Positions 48,316-58,368 of a DNA stretch of 64,000 nt are shown one piece after another. A program made the position numbers and the translations under genes. Source of the DNA: an uncultured Vicinamibacteraceae bacterium (GTDB taxonomy: Bacteria; Acidobacteriota; Vicinamibacteria; Vicinamibacterales; UBA8438); the NCBI GenBank assembly GCA_964507425.1, contig CAZDQD010000071.1:36016-100015 (forward strand). The letters run 5' to 3'. The notes under the pieces were generated by a model. The model had not been told where the DNA came from and made no database searches. It was given only the letters and a program-made list of their open reading frames with translations. Each line of letters begins with the position of its first letter. Within the stretch, counting starts at the first letter, position 1.

Positions 48316-48969
48316 CTATGCCTTAAGCGTTTGGGCCTTCTCCCAGTCAGCCAGAAACTTCTTTAACCCAATATCGGTCAGTGGATGGTTAAACAACATG
48401 TCAATTACCTTAGGTGGACAAGTGCATATATCGGCCCCCATACGTGCCGCCTCCACAACATGCACTGGCCCTCGCACACTCGCTACGAGCACCTCCGTGC
48501 CAAACTCATAGTTGTCGTAGATCTCGACAATCTGAGCGATTAGCGCCATCCCATCGGTAGCCAAATCGTCAATACGGCCAACAAACGGACTGACAAACGT
48601 CGCTCCCACTTTAGCGGCGAGTATTGCCTGCGACGCTGAGAATACGAGCGTCACATTTACGCGAATACCTTCTGATGCGAGTGCCGCACATGCTTTGACA
48701 CCATCTTTTCCAAAAGGCACCTTGACTACAATTTGCTCGTGAATTTCGGCTAGTTGCTTGCCCTCGCGAATCATCTCACTAGCATCCGTTGCCACCACTT
48801 CAGCACTGACCGGCCCCTTTACCACTTCGCAAATCTGTCTGAGCATCTCTGAAGGCTGTCCGGTCTCCTTTGCGAGTAATGAGGGGTTCGTTGTAACACC
48901 GTCAATGACCCGTAACGGAACAAGTTCTTCAATCGTCTTTACGCTCGCGCTGTCTATAAATAACTTCAC
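48316..48969 (-). CDS. tal: Small (TalC-type) transaldolase
   Basis: GVTTNPS, Schiff-base VVKVP, NVTL; SAEV (Glu) and SPFVGR (Phe) match transaldolase rather than FSA. Confidence 0.88.
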   Translation of the reverse strand: MKLFIDSASVKTIEELVPLRVIDGVTTNPSLLAKETGQPSEMLRQICEVVKGPVSAEVVATDASEMIREGKQLAEIHEQIVVKVPFGKDGVKACAALASEGIRVNVTLVFSASQAILAAKVGATFVSPFVGRIDDLATDGMALIAQIVEIYDNYEFGTEVLVASVRGPVHVVEAARMGADICTCPPKVIDMLFNHPLTDIGLKKFLADWEKAQTLKA

Positions 48970-49739
48970 GACTGCCCCTCTCTATCCGCGACAACATCGT
49001 TCACTAGCTCACCCACACCCTCGACCTTCACTACGACCCGGTCCCCCGGAACCAGCGGACCAACTCCGGATGGTGTCCCGGTAGAAATAATGTCACCCGG
49101 TAATAGCGTCATGACTCCACTAACAAATTCGACGAGTGTTTCGACCGAAAAGATCAGCTCCCGCGTGTTCGAGCTTTGTCGATTCACGCCGTTAACAAAT
49201 GACGAGACGTCCAGGCTCGAGGCTTCCAATCCAACTGCTACCGCCGGACCCACAGGGGCAAATGTGTCGAATCCTTTTCCGCGCGTATACTGCACATCTC
49301 GGCGCTGCAAGTCACGGTCCGTCACATCATTTACACACGTTAGACCCAATACGTATTCGTGGGCCTTCGACGCAACCACATGCCTCGCAGTCCGGCCGAT
49401 TACTATACCGAGCTCGGCTTCATGGTCCACGCGTCCCGCACCAGTCGGTATGACGATTGATTCATCAGTGCCGATTACCGCTGTCGACGGTTTGAGAAAA
49501 ATCAAGGGTTCGTCGGGTAGCTTTTTTCCCATCTCCTTCGCATGGTCACGATAGTTCAAGCCAACCGCAACAATCTTAGAAGGAACAACCGGTGGAAGAA
49601 TGCGCATCGAGTTTGGGTCAATTGCATCGCCACATTGATACGAGCCAAATGGATCACCAGTTAGTTCATTCCACTCACCACGACGCTCAATCACGCGTGT
49701 AAACCGACCCGCAACTTCAACTCTATAAAGACGATCCAT
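48966..49739 (-). CDS. Fumarylacetoacetate hydrolase family protein
   Basis: KIVAVGLNY, FLKP, HEAELG, NDVT.RD, KGFDTF.P, TGTPSGVG. Confidence 0.93.
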   Translation of the reverse strand: MDRLYRVEVAGRFTRVIERRGEWNELTGDPFGSYQCGDAIDPNSMRILPPVVPSKIVAVGLNYRDHAKEMGKKLPDEPLIFLKPSTAVIGTDESIVIPTGAGRVDHEAELGIVIGRTARHVVASKAHEYVLGLTCVNDVTDRDLQRRDVQYTRGKGFDTFAPVGPAVAVGLEASSLDVSSFVNGVNRQSSNTRELIFSVETLVEFVSGVMTLLPGDIISTGTPSGVGPLVPGDRVVVKVEGVGELVNDVVADREGQS

Positions 49740-49772
49740 AAAAATATCTTTTCCGCTTTATTTGCAATGTAC

Positions 49773-51152
49773 CTACTCTACTGTCTCCGTGATTATGCCT
49801 GATGGCAGGCTGACATTCGGCGGCACGGCACTGTCAAGGGCTAGAACTTGGTAACTGTAGCTCTCCCCTGAAACAACATCGGTGTCACGATAGGAATTTC
49901 CTTCGACCGGTTCCATTGTTAACCGTTCGAAGGTTGAATCCGCTGACCTTCCACGTAAGACAATGTAACCAACAACATCAACTTCGGTATTTGGATCCCA
50001 AATCAAATTGACCGACTCAGCATCAGATACAGCAAAGAGTCCCGTGGGTGCGGAAGGCTCAAAAGTATCAGTAAACACCACACAAGTGGCCTGAGATGCC
50101 TCTCCCATGAGCCTCATCTCGTCAATATAGTCGACCACCCTCACGGCGTAACAATGCGAACGATCAAACTCCACAACCGAACCCAAATAATTTCTTGTGT
50201 AAGCGGGTTCCGCCAATGGCGTTGGACTAACAAGCTCTGGGTTGCCGTCAACTTCGAGGTCGAACAGCACGTATTGCGACGTCCTCACGCCAGGCAAAAT
50301 TGGCATAGTCTGAAGAAAATCTCCACTGGACACGTCGTCTACAGACGCCTCAACCGCATCTTCCTCATCCTCCGTCTCAAAGTTAATCTCTCCGTGGGGA
50401 GATGAACGAAATAAGTCCGGTCTATCCCAGTCCACCCTGACATTCGTTTCGTCATACTCGACCACAACAGGCCCGGGCGGCAAAGGAGGAGTTGTCAATG
50501 GCACAGAAAGCATCTCAGACGCATCTCCCTCACGACGGCGAGATGAAACGGCAAAGGCCAAATAAGTTCGCACGGGCGGAATAGGAAGCGGCGGAGCGAC
50601 AAATGGTCTTGGGCCGAACGGCTCATTCTCTTCATCGTCTTCTTCATCGTCAAAATCATCATCGATGACAACCGGTACCAACGTTTCAGGCGTCAAATAT
50701 TCCACGACGGTTGCCACCTCACCTTGACTAACAAATCCATCATCCTTGAGCGGGCTATCTACCTCTGCAATCCCATTTCCAACATCATCTTGAGGCTCAT
50801 CAGTTGCTAACGATTCGTCAGCAGTCCGCACCTGAACCGTAGCTACTAGCGTCGCCGCATCCAACCAATCGTCCGTAAACGTTTCCGTCGGTCGCGCTTC
50901 TGTCGGCTGCGTCGTAACGGCATATACCTCTACGCGTTCGATATCACCAGGCATCGTTCCGTCACTGTCACGGTCGGGCACCGTAAACTGGACATAAACA
51001 CGGTTGGACATCCTAGCAACTTCGAGGTCGACAATCTGGGCTGGCAGGATGCGAATCGGTGCTATCGGAGGCCCTTTGATACCACACGCCAACAAAATGG
51101 ACGACAGGAACATCAAGCAAACGAACGTAGTTACGCGATCACAATTTGTCAC
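49773..51152 (-). CDS. Lipoprotein with fibronectin type III-like domains
   Basis: Lipobox LLAC followed by GIKGPPIAP; C-terminal PSAPTGL..LIWD..GY.V.R..Y.D..V..G..Y.YQV.A.D...N.S. Confidence 0.8.
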   Translation of the reverse strand: MTNCDRVTTFVCLMFLSSILLACGIKGPPIAPIRILPAQIVDLEVARMSNRVYVQFTVPDRDSDGTMPGDIERVEVYAVTTQPTEARPTETFTDDWLDAATLVATVQVRTADESLATDEPQDDVGNGIAEVDSPLKDDGFVSQGEVATVVEYLTPETLVPVVIDDDFDDEEDDEENEPFGPRPFVAPPLPIPPVRTYLAFAVSSRRREGDASEMLSVPLTTPPLPPGPVVVEYDETNVRVDWDRPDLFRSSPHGEINFETEDEEDAVEASVDDVSSGDFLQTMPILPGVRTSQYVLFDLEVDGNPELVSPTPLAEPAYTRNYLGSVVEFDRSHCYAVRVVDYIDEMRLMGEASQATCVVFTDTFEPSAPTGLFAVSDAESVNLIWDPNTEVDVVGYIVLRGRSADSTFERLTMEPVEGNSYRDTDVVSGESYSYQVLALDSAVPPNVSLPSGIITETVE

Positions 51153-52537
51153 AGAATGTAACGTGCCAAGTCCTCGTTCTCTACAATTTCCGAAAGCATG
51201 CGCTCTACATATGCCGCATCAATCACAACCTTTGACTCAGTCATCTCTGGAGCTTCAAAAGATATATCGTCAAGTAGTTTCTCCATAACCGTATGCAATC
51301 GACGCGCGCCAATATTCTCACTCCGCTCATTAACAAGGTTGGCAAACTCTGCGATGCGATTTATCGCACTGTCATCAAAAATAACTTCAAGCCCCTCAGT
51401 CGCCATTAACGCGCGATACTGCGTTACAAGCGCCCCTTTCGGTTCAGTCAGAATTCGTACAAAATCACTGGTTTCTAAGGCGTCTAACTCAACACGAATT
51501 GGAAATCTCCCCTGAAGTTCTGGTATTAAATCCGACGGTTTCGACAAATGAAACGCCCCTGCGGCAACAAAGAGGATGTGATCGGTCCGAACCATGCCAT
51601 GCTTTGTATTAACGGTAGTCCCCTCAACGATGGGCAATATGTCACGTTGTACACCCTCGCGACTGACATCTGGCCCCTGTCCTCCCTCACGCCCGGCAAT
51701 CTTGTCAATTTCGTCGATAAAAATAATACCCGCCTGCTCTACACGTTCTATGGCAGTGCGAGCGACGCTCTCCATATCAACAAGTTTCTGTTCCTCTTCT
51801 CGTACTAGGTGCTCAAATGCCTCCGGCACGCGGAGACGGCGTTTCCGCCCTCGCCCTTGAAACAACCCGGGCAGCATTTCCTTCATCTTAATGTCGAGCT
51901 CCTCCACAGAAGCGCCTGCGATGATGTCAAACGAGGGCATCGACGATTCATGTACTTCCACTTCAACAACTCGATTATCAATAGCTCCATCTCGAAGTTG
52001 CTGTCGAAACTTTTCACGCGTACGATTCGTCAGGTCAGACGAATCTTTGGCAACAGATACTTCCTCAGACATCGACGGTGGGAGCGGGACAGGTGGCAGA
52101 AGCAAATCAAGAATTCGTTCTTCAGCGTTAACGCGTGCTTTGTCTCGCACTTCAACAAGACGTTCATCCCGCACCATATCGACGGCTAAACCCACCAGGT
52201 CGCGCACCATCGACTCGACATCACGACCGACGTAACCAACCTCGGTGAATTTTGAGGCTTCCACCTTAACAAACGGCGACTGCGCTAAACGAGCCAACCG
52301 TCTAGCAACTTCCGTCTTTCCGACACCCGTCGGACCAATCATTAAGATATTCTTCGGCGCCACTTCTTCGGCAAGTTCAGCTGATAACTGCTGCCGCCGC
52401 ATACGATTACGCAACGCAATCGCTACAGCACGCTTTGCACGCTGCTGTCCAACTACATACTTGTCCAGTTCCACCACTATTTGCCGCGGAGTAAGCGCTT
52501 CAACTGACGCAGTCGACTCAGGAAGATAAATAGGCAA
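51149..52537 (-). CDS. hslU: ATP-dependent protease ATPase subunit HslU
   Basis: [34 protein letters not shown]-terminal RYIL. Confidence 0.97.
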   Translation of the reverse strand: MPIYLPESTASVEALTPRQIVVELDKYVVGQQRAKRAVAIALRNRMRRQQLSAELAEEVAPKNILMIGPTGVGKTEVARRLARLAQSPFVKVEASKFTEVGYVGRDVESMVRDLVGLAVDMVRDERLVEVRDKARVNAEERILDLLLPPVPLPPSMSEEVSVAKDSSDLTNRTREKFRQQLRDGAIDNRVVEVEVHESSMPSFDIIAGASVEELDIKMKEMLPGLFQGRGRKRRLRVPEAFEHLVREEEQKLVDMESVARTAIERVEQAGIIFIDEIDKIAGREGGQGPDVSREGVQRDILPIVEGTTVNTKHGMVRTDHILFVAAGAFHLSKPSDLIPELQGRFPIRVELDALETSDFVRILTEPKGALVTQYRALMATEGLEVIFDDSAINRIAEFANLVNERSENIGARRLHTVMEKLLDDISFEAPEMTESKVVIDAAYVERMLSEIVENEDLARYIL

Positions 52538-52539
52538 CG

Positions 52540-53073
52540 TTACAACTCTTCAATTTCAATTTTAGCATTCGTGTATATACAGATGTCCGCCGCGATCAGC
52601 ATGGCGTCACTGGCAATGGTACGTGCATCGAGTTCTGTTCTGGTAGCTAACGCTTTTGCAGCGGCCATCGCAAATGAGCCACCCGAACCAATTGCGACAA
52701 TCCCGTCATCGGGTTTTATTAGGTCACCGGTTCCGGACAGCAGGAACGTCTCTTTCATATCCGCAACCACAAGCATGGCATCAAGACGCCGTAACACACG
52801 GTCAGTCCGCCAATCTTTGGCGAGTTCGACAACAGAACGCTCAAGTTTGCCTCGGTACTGCTCTAGTTTTGCTTCAAAACGTTCAGTTAGTGCAAAAGAA
52901 TCAGCGGCTGAACCCGCAAACCCTGCAAGAATTTGATCATTGTAAAGGCGTCTAACTTTTTTTGCAGTCTGCTTAACCACGGTACTACCGAGTGTAACTT
53001 GTCCATCGCTTGCCATAACTGACTTTCCATTACGCTGTACAGCGAGCACAGTCGTACCATAAAACGTGGCCAT
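52540..53073 (-). CDS. hslV: ATP-dependent protease peptidase subunit HslV
   Basis: Start moved to ATG 53073 (GGGAGGTG RBS); short propeptide then TTVLAV, DGQVT, GSGG, CIYTN. Confidence 0.95.
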   Translation of the reverse strand: MATFYGTTVLAVQRNGKSVMASDGQVTLGSTVVKQTAKKVRRLYNDQILAGFAGSAADSFALTERFEAKLEQYRGKLERSVVELAKDWRTDRVLRRLDAMLVVADMKETFLLSGTGDLIKPDDGIVAIGSGGSFAMAAAKALATRTELDARTIASDAMLIAADICIYTNAKIEIEEL

Positions 53074-53078
53074 GTTTT

Positions 53079-54464
53079 TCACCTCCCTCGCCCCCTTACG
53101 TCCGAAAACATTCCTTGAGCGATCCAATACAACGGAACCCCAGCTCCGATTACCAATAATCCAACAGCAGAAGCTACTGGCTCCCGCCAAACAAAATTAA
53201 CCACCATTGCCACACTTGCAATGACAAACAGCGCCGGCCCAACGGGATAACCCCACGCCCGAAAAGGGCGGCTAACGTCAGGGTCTCGTCGACGCAAGAC
53301 GAACAAGGCAAGAACAGCTGCACCGGTAAACATTACCAGCGCAAAACCTGTGTACAACAGCAACTGCTCAAAGGTTCCCGCTAAAACCAAAATACCGCTC
53401 CAGACGCTCTGCGCAACAATTGCCACTGCTGGAGTTCGTAGTCTGGGATGCACTCGACCAGCGGCTGGAAAAAACAACCCGTCCCGTGCCATCGCATAGT
53501 AAACACGCGGTCCGGCTAGAATCATCGCACTAAGACTCGCGCCGATCATAACGGCTGAAGCAGCCGCCAATAGGCCGGAGAATCCAGGGCCAAACAAACG
53601 GCCGGCAGCCTCATCAACCACCCTCGTCTGCAATTGACCTATTTCAACCAAGGGTATCGCATACACGTAGAGTAAATTCAACAAGATGTAGAGAACCACA
53701 ACGGCCGCCGTGCCAAGGACCATCGCAAGCGGCACGTTACGAGCGGGGTTACGAATCTCCTCCGCAACATACGTAGCAGCATTCCAGCCAGAAAAACTAA
53801 ACATGATTGGGATAAGCGCAAGTAACCACATCGTCGGTGCCACGGGAAGGCTGGGGAGCCACAAATGGTCAATCGCCCCATCGCCAACCGAAAACCCCAA
53901 AACCACGAGGATGACCAAAACCAAAACCTTCGCAGCGGCCAAAACGTTTTGAACGATCCGGCCTGGTCCAACTCCGACAACATGAACAATTGTTAAAGTC
54001 GCAATCACCGTAAGAGCAACCAGCGTTTGCGGTGTGACCACCAACGTCAGCACCCAAAGCGGCACGCGAAACAAATGTTCCGTATCCCCTGCAAACGGCA
54101 CTAGCCTGCCAAGGAAAGACGCAAAACCTACTGCTCCAGCCGCGATAGCTCCTGAGAACCCTGCGACAAACGAAGTCCAGCCACTAAGAAACCCAACTGT
54201 CGGTCCAAAAGCCTCTCGAAGGTATACGTACTCACCGCCGGCGCGAGGATGAAGCGTAGCGAGTTCCGCGTACGCCATCGCTCCGGTAAAGGCGAGCACT
54301 CCGCCCACGAACCAAGCGGCAAGCATCAACCAAACATCGGGAATCCACACGGCTACAAGTGCCGGAACCAAAAAAATACCGCTACCAATTACGTTGGAAA
54401 CAATAATTGAGGCACCGTCTACTGGGCCAAGCCTACGTACCAAGTCTGGTCCAGAAGCTCGCAT
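53079..54464 (-). CDS. APC-family amino acid permease
   Basis: IGSGIF, YAELA..P.AGGEY.YL, FSFSGW, EEIRNP.RN, RPFR.WGYP; start likely ATG 54464. Confidence 0.9.
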   Translation of the reverse strand: MRASGPDLVRRLGPVDGASIIVSNVIGSGIFLVPALVAVWIPDVWLMLAAWFVGGVLAFTGAMAYAELATLHPRAGGEYVYLREAFGPTVGFLSGWTSFVAGFSGAIAAGAVGFASFLGRLVPFAGDTEHLFRVPLWVLTLVVTPQTLVALTVIATLTIVHVVGVGPGRIVQNVLAAAKVLVLVILVVLGFSVGDGAIDHLWLPSLPVAPTMWLLALIPIMFSFSGWNAATYVAEEIRNPARNVPLAMVLGTAAVVVLYILLNLLYVYAIPLVEIGQLQTRVVDEAAGRLFGPGFSGLLAAASAVMIGASLSAMILAGPRVYYAMARDGLFFPAAGRVHPRLRTPAVAIVAQSVWSGILVLAGTFEQLLLYTGFALVMFTGAAVLALFVLRRRDPDVSRPFRAWGYPVGPALFVIASVAMVVNFVWREPVASAVGLLVIGAGVPLYWIAQGMFSDVRGRGR

Positions 54465-54487
54465 GGCGCCGGAACCATGGGAAGAAC

Positions 54488-55081
54488 TCACTGGGTAAGT
54501 AACTGCCGGTCGACCGGAAACTCGTTTAATGGAGCCCACTGATCGGACAGATGCTTCATGAAGAGTTCGACCTTCACATTTACAAAGTCTCGATGCCCCA
54601 ACATTTCCGCCTGCGGCTGTAGCCCGGTATAGCCAAGTTTATTTTCCATCGTAAATGGACCGGCTTCCGCACCTGGTTCAAGCCCTTCACGACCGATAGC
54701 CCCACGGATAAGAGTACTACCCCACTCACGGTCCTCACCGATACACGTCCCAGTCTCCACATTCGCGGGCGATGTGGGGTTTTCGGGAGGATCCTGCCCC
54801 TCGTAGATAACCTCGCAACGTCGAAAAACTCCCGTAACCTGAACTGTCCGGACAGAATCTAAACCCACATTTTTCAACCGAAATGAAACAACCGGCACAA
54901 GCTTGTTTTGGCCCAGCTCGTCAAGACCAACATCGAGCCAACCTGTCTGCAGGCCGGTTACCTCCAGTTCAGCCGGGTTTGAACACCCGCTTAGGATCAA
55001 CATCACCGACAACCCCAACGTAGCCAGCAAAAGGCGAGCCATACCTTGCAACATCCGGCGATTGTAGATCAGAAGAGCCAA
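54488..55081 (-). CDS. Hypothetical lipoprotein
   Basis: Lipobox LSGC; beta-rich body; start uncertain. Confidence 0.65.
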   Translation of the reverse strand: MALLIYNRRMLQGMARLLLATLGLSVMLILSGCSNPAELEVTGLQTGWLDVGLDELGQNKLVPVVSFRLKNVGLDSVRTVQVTGVFRRCEVIYEGQDPPENPTSPANVETGTCIGEDREWGSTLIRGAIGREGLEPGAEAGPFTMENKLGYTGLQPQAEMLGHRDFVNVKVELFMKHLSDQWAPLNEFPVDRQLLTQ

Positions 55082-55271
55082 CCGTCAACGTGAACCTTCG
55101 TAAAACAGCCCCCTTTGGATGTTTGTCAACCACCGCAAGAGTGGCAATAACTAGCTTTATTCGCTACAGTGAATCGACTCTAAAGAACATGGCTATACGA
55201 ACATCCTCGATCAACCAGCTGGCGTTACACACCTATTGAATCTCCTCTTTTGAGCACTTTAGGTTTAAATC

Positions 55272-57245
55272 TTGCAGCTTTCCAGTCTTCACAAAGCGTT
55301 TGGCGCCCGAGTACTTTTTGACAAGATCAATTGGCAGGTCCAGCCGGGCCAGCGGGTCGGTCTGTGCGGCCCAAACGGGGCTGGAAAAACAACACTCCTC
55401 CGAATGATGTCCGGTGACGTCGAACCTGATGCTGGAGCGATCACCAAACCTAACGAGCTAACCGTTGGCTATCTGCCGCAGGACGGATTGGACCACCAAG
55501 GAAAAACACTGTACGACGAAGTCAGCAGTGCCTTCGTGGAACTCTTAGAGCTTCAGATAAAAATGAGAACACTGGAACGACTGTTAGGGGATGAAACCCT
55601 CGGCAAAGTGGAACACGACGCCGCCTTGGAAAGCTATAGCGTGGCACAAGAAACATTTCACCATCAGGACGGCTACGGCATCGAGGCAAAGGTCAGCTCC
55701 GTCCTACATGGACTAGGGTTTTCGTCAACAGATCTTGAAAGAAACACTGAGCATTTTTCCGGTGGCTGGCAGATGCGGATCGCGCTCGCAAAACTGTTAC
55801 TTCGGAGACCACATGTGCTTCTCCTCGATGAACCGACCAACCATCTAGACCTTGACGCAAGGAACTGGTTAGAAGGTTTTCTTGTTGGGTACCCGCACGC
55901 CGTAGTTCTTGTATCCCATGATCGATTCTTTCTCGATAGTGTCGTCACAGCAATCGCCGAAGTCGACATGCGGACCTTGACAACGTACCCAGGCAGCTAC
56001 AGTCAATTCCTCGTGGAACGTGAAGAGCGAGTAACACGGCTTAGGGCGGCCAAGCAAAAACAAGATGAAGACATTGCACGAATGCGCATGTTCATTGACC
56101 GATTCCGATATCAGGCTACGAAAGCAAAACAGGTCCAAAGCCGGATTAAGATGCTCGACAAAATAGTTCCAATCGAGGTTCCTTTGGAACGAAAAAAAGT
56201 CCGCTTCAGTTTTCCGATAAGTCGCAAAAGTGGCCGACAAGTACTGGAACTAAAGGACGCTGCTAAATCCTATGGACCTATCTCAGTATTCAGGTGCATC
56301 AATGTAAATGTTGAACGCGGCGACCGTGTGGCACTCGTCGGACCAAATGGCACTGGAAAGTCAACCTTAATGAGAATGTTGTCAGGAGTTGAACGCCCAG
56401 ATAGCGGACAACGCATGGAAGGACACAACGTTATCACGCAATATTTTGCTCAAGACGAAGCCACACGCCTTAACGACTCTCTGTCAGTCTACGAAACACT
56501 GGCCAGTGGTTCACCCGTGGATATGGTTCCAGGTATCCGAAACATCCTCGGAGGTTTTCTGTTTACCGAAGATGATGTATATAAGCGCGTCAAAGTACTC
56601 TCCGGAGGAGAACGTACGCGTCTTGCAGTTGCGAGAATGCTCCTAAAACCCTCCAACACACTTCTCCTGGACGAGCCTACAAACCATCTCGACATTGACT
56701 CCACTAACGTCCTTCTGGATGCCCTTTCGGATTACGGTGGCACACTTATCTTCGTGTCACACGACCGCTATTTTGTTGATCAACTAGCAACTAAGATTAT
56801 CGAAATCGGTGACGGCAACATCTCTACCTATCCTGGGACTTACGAAGACTTTCGGTGGAGCAAAGAGCAGAACAATCAAACAAAGCAGCGACAATCGACA
56901 ATCGTACCGAAGAAACCACCCAAACACACTGCCACAATTTCAGAGGTCAGTACTTCGACAACGGCCGCAGAACACAAACGCCTACAAGTTGAAAATAGAC
57001 GGAGGCAAAAACGAATCGATACTTTGCGGTCGAGAATATCTGATCTGGAAAAACGCATCGCGACACGCGAAGAAGCCGTCCGCGCCCTTGAAGTTGAAAT
57101 GAGCACTCCTGATTTCTACTCAGACCAAAAGGCCGCAGAACAAGCAACTAAACGTCACCAAACTCTGATGTGGGAAGTTGGAGACCTAATGAACCAGTGG
57201 GAAGCACTAGAACAAGAAATGTCCCTAAAAGAATCTTCGCTGTAA
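55272..57245 (+). CDS. ABC-F family ATPase with C-terminal coiled coil (YheS/Uup-like)
   Basis: Two NBDs (GPNGAGKT/FSGGW/DEPTNHLD and GPNGTGKS/LSGGE/DEPTNHLD), linker FRYQATKAKQVQSR, no TM segment. Confidence 0.93.
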   Translation: MQLSSLHKAFGARVLFDKINWQVQPGQRVGLCGPNGAGKTTLLRMMSGDVEPDAGAITKPNELTVGYLPQDGLDHQGKTLYDEVSSAFVELLELQIKMRTLERLLGDETLGKVEHDAALESYSVAQETFHHQDGYGIEAKVSSVLHGLGFSSTDLERNTEHFSGGWQMRIALAKLLLRRPHVLLLDEPTNHLDLDARNWLEGFLVGYPHAVVLVSHDRFFLDSVVTAIAEVDMRTLTTYPGSYSQFLVEREERVTRLRAAKQKQDEDIARMRMFIDRFRYQATKAKQVQSRIKMLDKIVPIEVPLERKKVRFSFPISRKSGRQVLELKDAAKSYGPISVFRCINVNVERGDRVALVGPNGTGKSTLMRMLSGVERPDSGQRMEGHNVITQYFAQDEATRLNDSLSVYETLASGSPVDMVPGIRNILGGFLFTEDDVYKRVKVLSGGERTRLAVARMLLKPSNTLLLDEPTNHLDIDSTNVLLDALSDYGGTLIFVSHDRYFVDQLATKIIEIGDGNISTYPGTYEDFRWSKEQNNQTKQRQSTIVPKKPPKHTATISEVSTSTTAAEHKRLQVENRRRQKRIDTLRSRISDLEKRIATREEAVRALEVEMSTPDFYSDQKAAEQATKRHQTLMWEVGDLMNQWEALEQEMSLKESSL

Positions 57246-57306
57246 CGCACGATCAGAGACGTTGGCGACGAATGGCGGTGCTCTGGATTTTCCGCACGGT
57301 AGCGAC

Positions 57307-58368
57307 TCAAGCTCGAGGATGCGACCGTCGGTAAGTCTCGGTTAAATGTCTACGATTAACAGCAGTATATCGTTGCGTCGTTGACACGACCTTGTGACCA
57401 AGCAGTTCTTTAATATCCATCACGCTTGCACCGTTCTCTAGCAGATGTGTCGCAAACGTGTGCCGCAGCTTATGCGGACTAATGACAACATCTACCGACA
57501 ATTTGGACAAACCCGCATAACGCCCGACAATACGATGTACGGTCCGAACGGACAACCGACGACCACGATACCTGCCCCGGTCGTTCACAAAGAGTGGCTC
57601 AGCCAACCGATTGCGACTCCCGCCCGCCCGACGCCGTTCAGGCGGCTTCAAAACTTCACGCAGAAAATTACGTCGATCAACGAGATAAGCGCGAATGGCA
57701 GTCATTGTGCTCGGATTAAATGGCACAACCCGCTCTTTGGCTCCCTTCCCCAGCACACGCACCATACGCGACCCTAAATTCACGTCGCCAACATCTAACC
57801 CAGCCAGCTCACTGACTCGAAGCCCAGATGCGTAGAAGAGCTCTAACATGGCACGGTCTCTTCGGCCACGTGGGGTCTCGATGTCCGGGGTGGCAATCAG
57901 AGTGGCAATTTGTTTTTCATCAAGATATTTGGGCAAACGATCGGGCATCGACGGGGCTGGAATTCCACGAATCCTGAAAGCCATCTTTTCTCTAAGATGC
58001 CCTTTTGATTCCATATATGTTGCAAACGACTTAATCGCCGACAATCGTCTTGCCACCGATGCCGGTTGTTGATTTTTTTCCGTTAAAGAAAGTAGAAAAG
58101 CCTCAACAAGGCGGCGATCAAAATCATTCACCACCAGCGAGCTCGCATCTATTTTTCGTCGTTTTAACCTTTCGGCCCGCCCAATGTTTCCGTTTTTGAT
58201 CGCGCTCGCTATTTCTTCACCACGCTTCTTTCGCTCTACAGATTTTGTCCTTTCGCGAGCGAACTCAAAAAACAATAGAACGTCTCCTCGGTAGTTCCGC
58301 AAGGTATGCGGTGAGACATTCCGGTTGAGTTGAAGTGCTTCAAGAAAGGACGCCAGATACTGTTCCAT
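57307..58368 (-). CDS. xerC: Tyrosine recombinase XerC
   Basis: SPHTLRNY, SVARRLS, GLRVSEL, GKG.KER, HKLRHTFATHLL, LGH...TTQRY, C-terminal HPRA; topA-trmFO-xerC order; start ATG 58368. Confidence 0.85.
   Translation of the reverse strand: MEQYLASFLEALQLNRNVSPHTLRNYRGDVLLFFEFARERTKSVERKKRGEEIASAIKNGNIGRAERLKRRKIDASSLVVNDFDRRLVEAFLLSLTEKNQQPASVARRLSAIKSFATYMESKGHLREKMAFRIRGIPAPSMPDRLPKYLDEKQIATLIATPDIETPRGRRDRAMLELFYASGLRVSELAGLDVGDVNLGSRMVRVLGKGAKERVVPFNPSTMTAIRAYLVDRRNFLREVLKPPERRRAGGSRNRLAEPLFVNDRGRYRGRRLSVRTVHRIVGRYAGLSKLSVDVVISPHKLRHTFATHLLENGASVMDIKELLGHKVVSTTQRYTAVNRRHLTETYRRSHPRA

Noticed and set aside
57307-58368. Tyrosine recombinase as a phage or mobile-element integrase
   Set aside because: The HPRA C-terminus and topA-trmFO context indicate chromosomal XerC.
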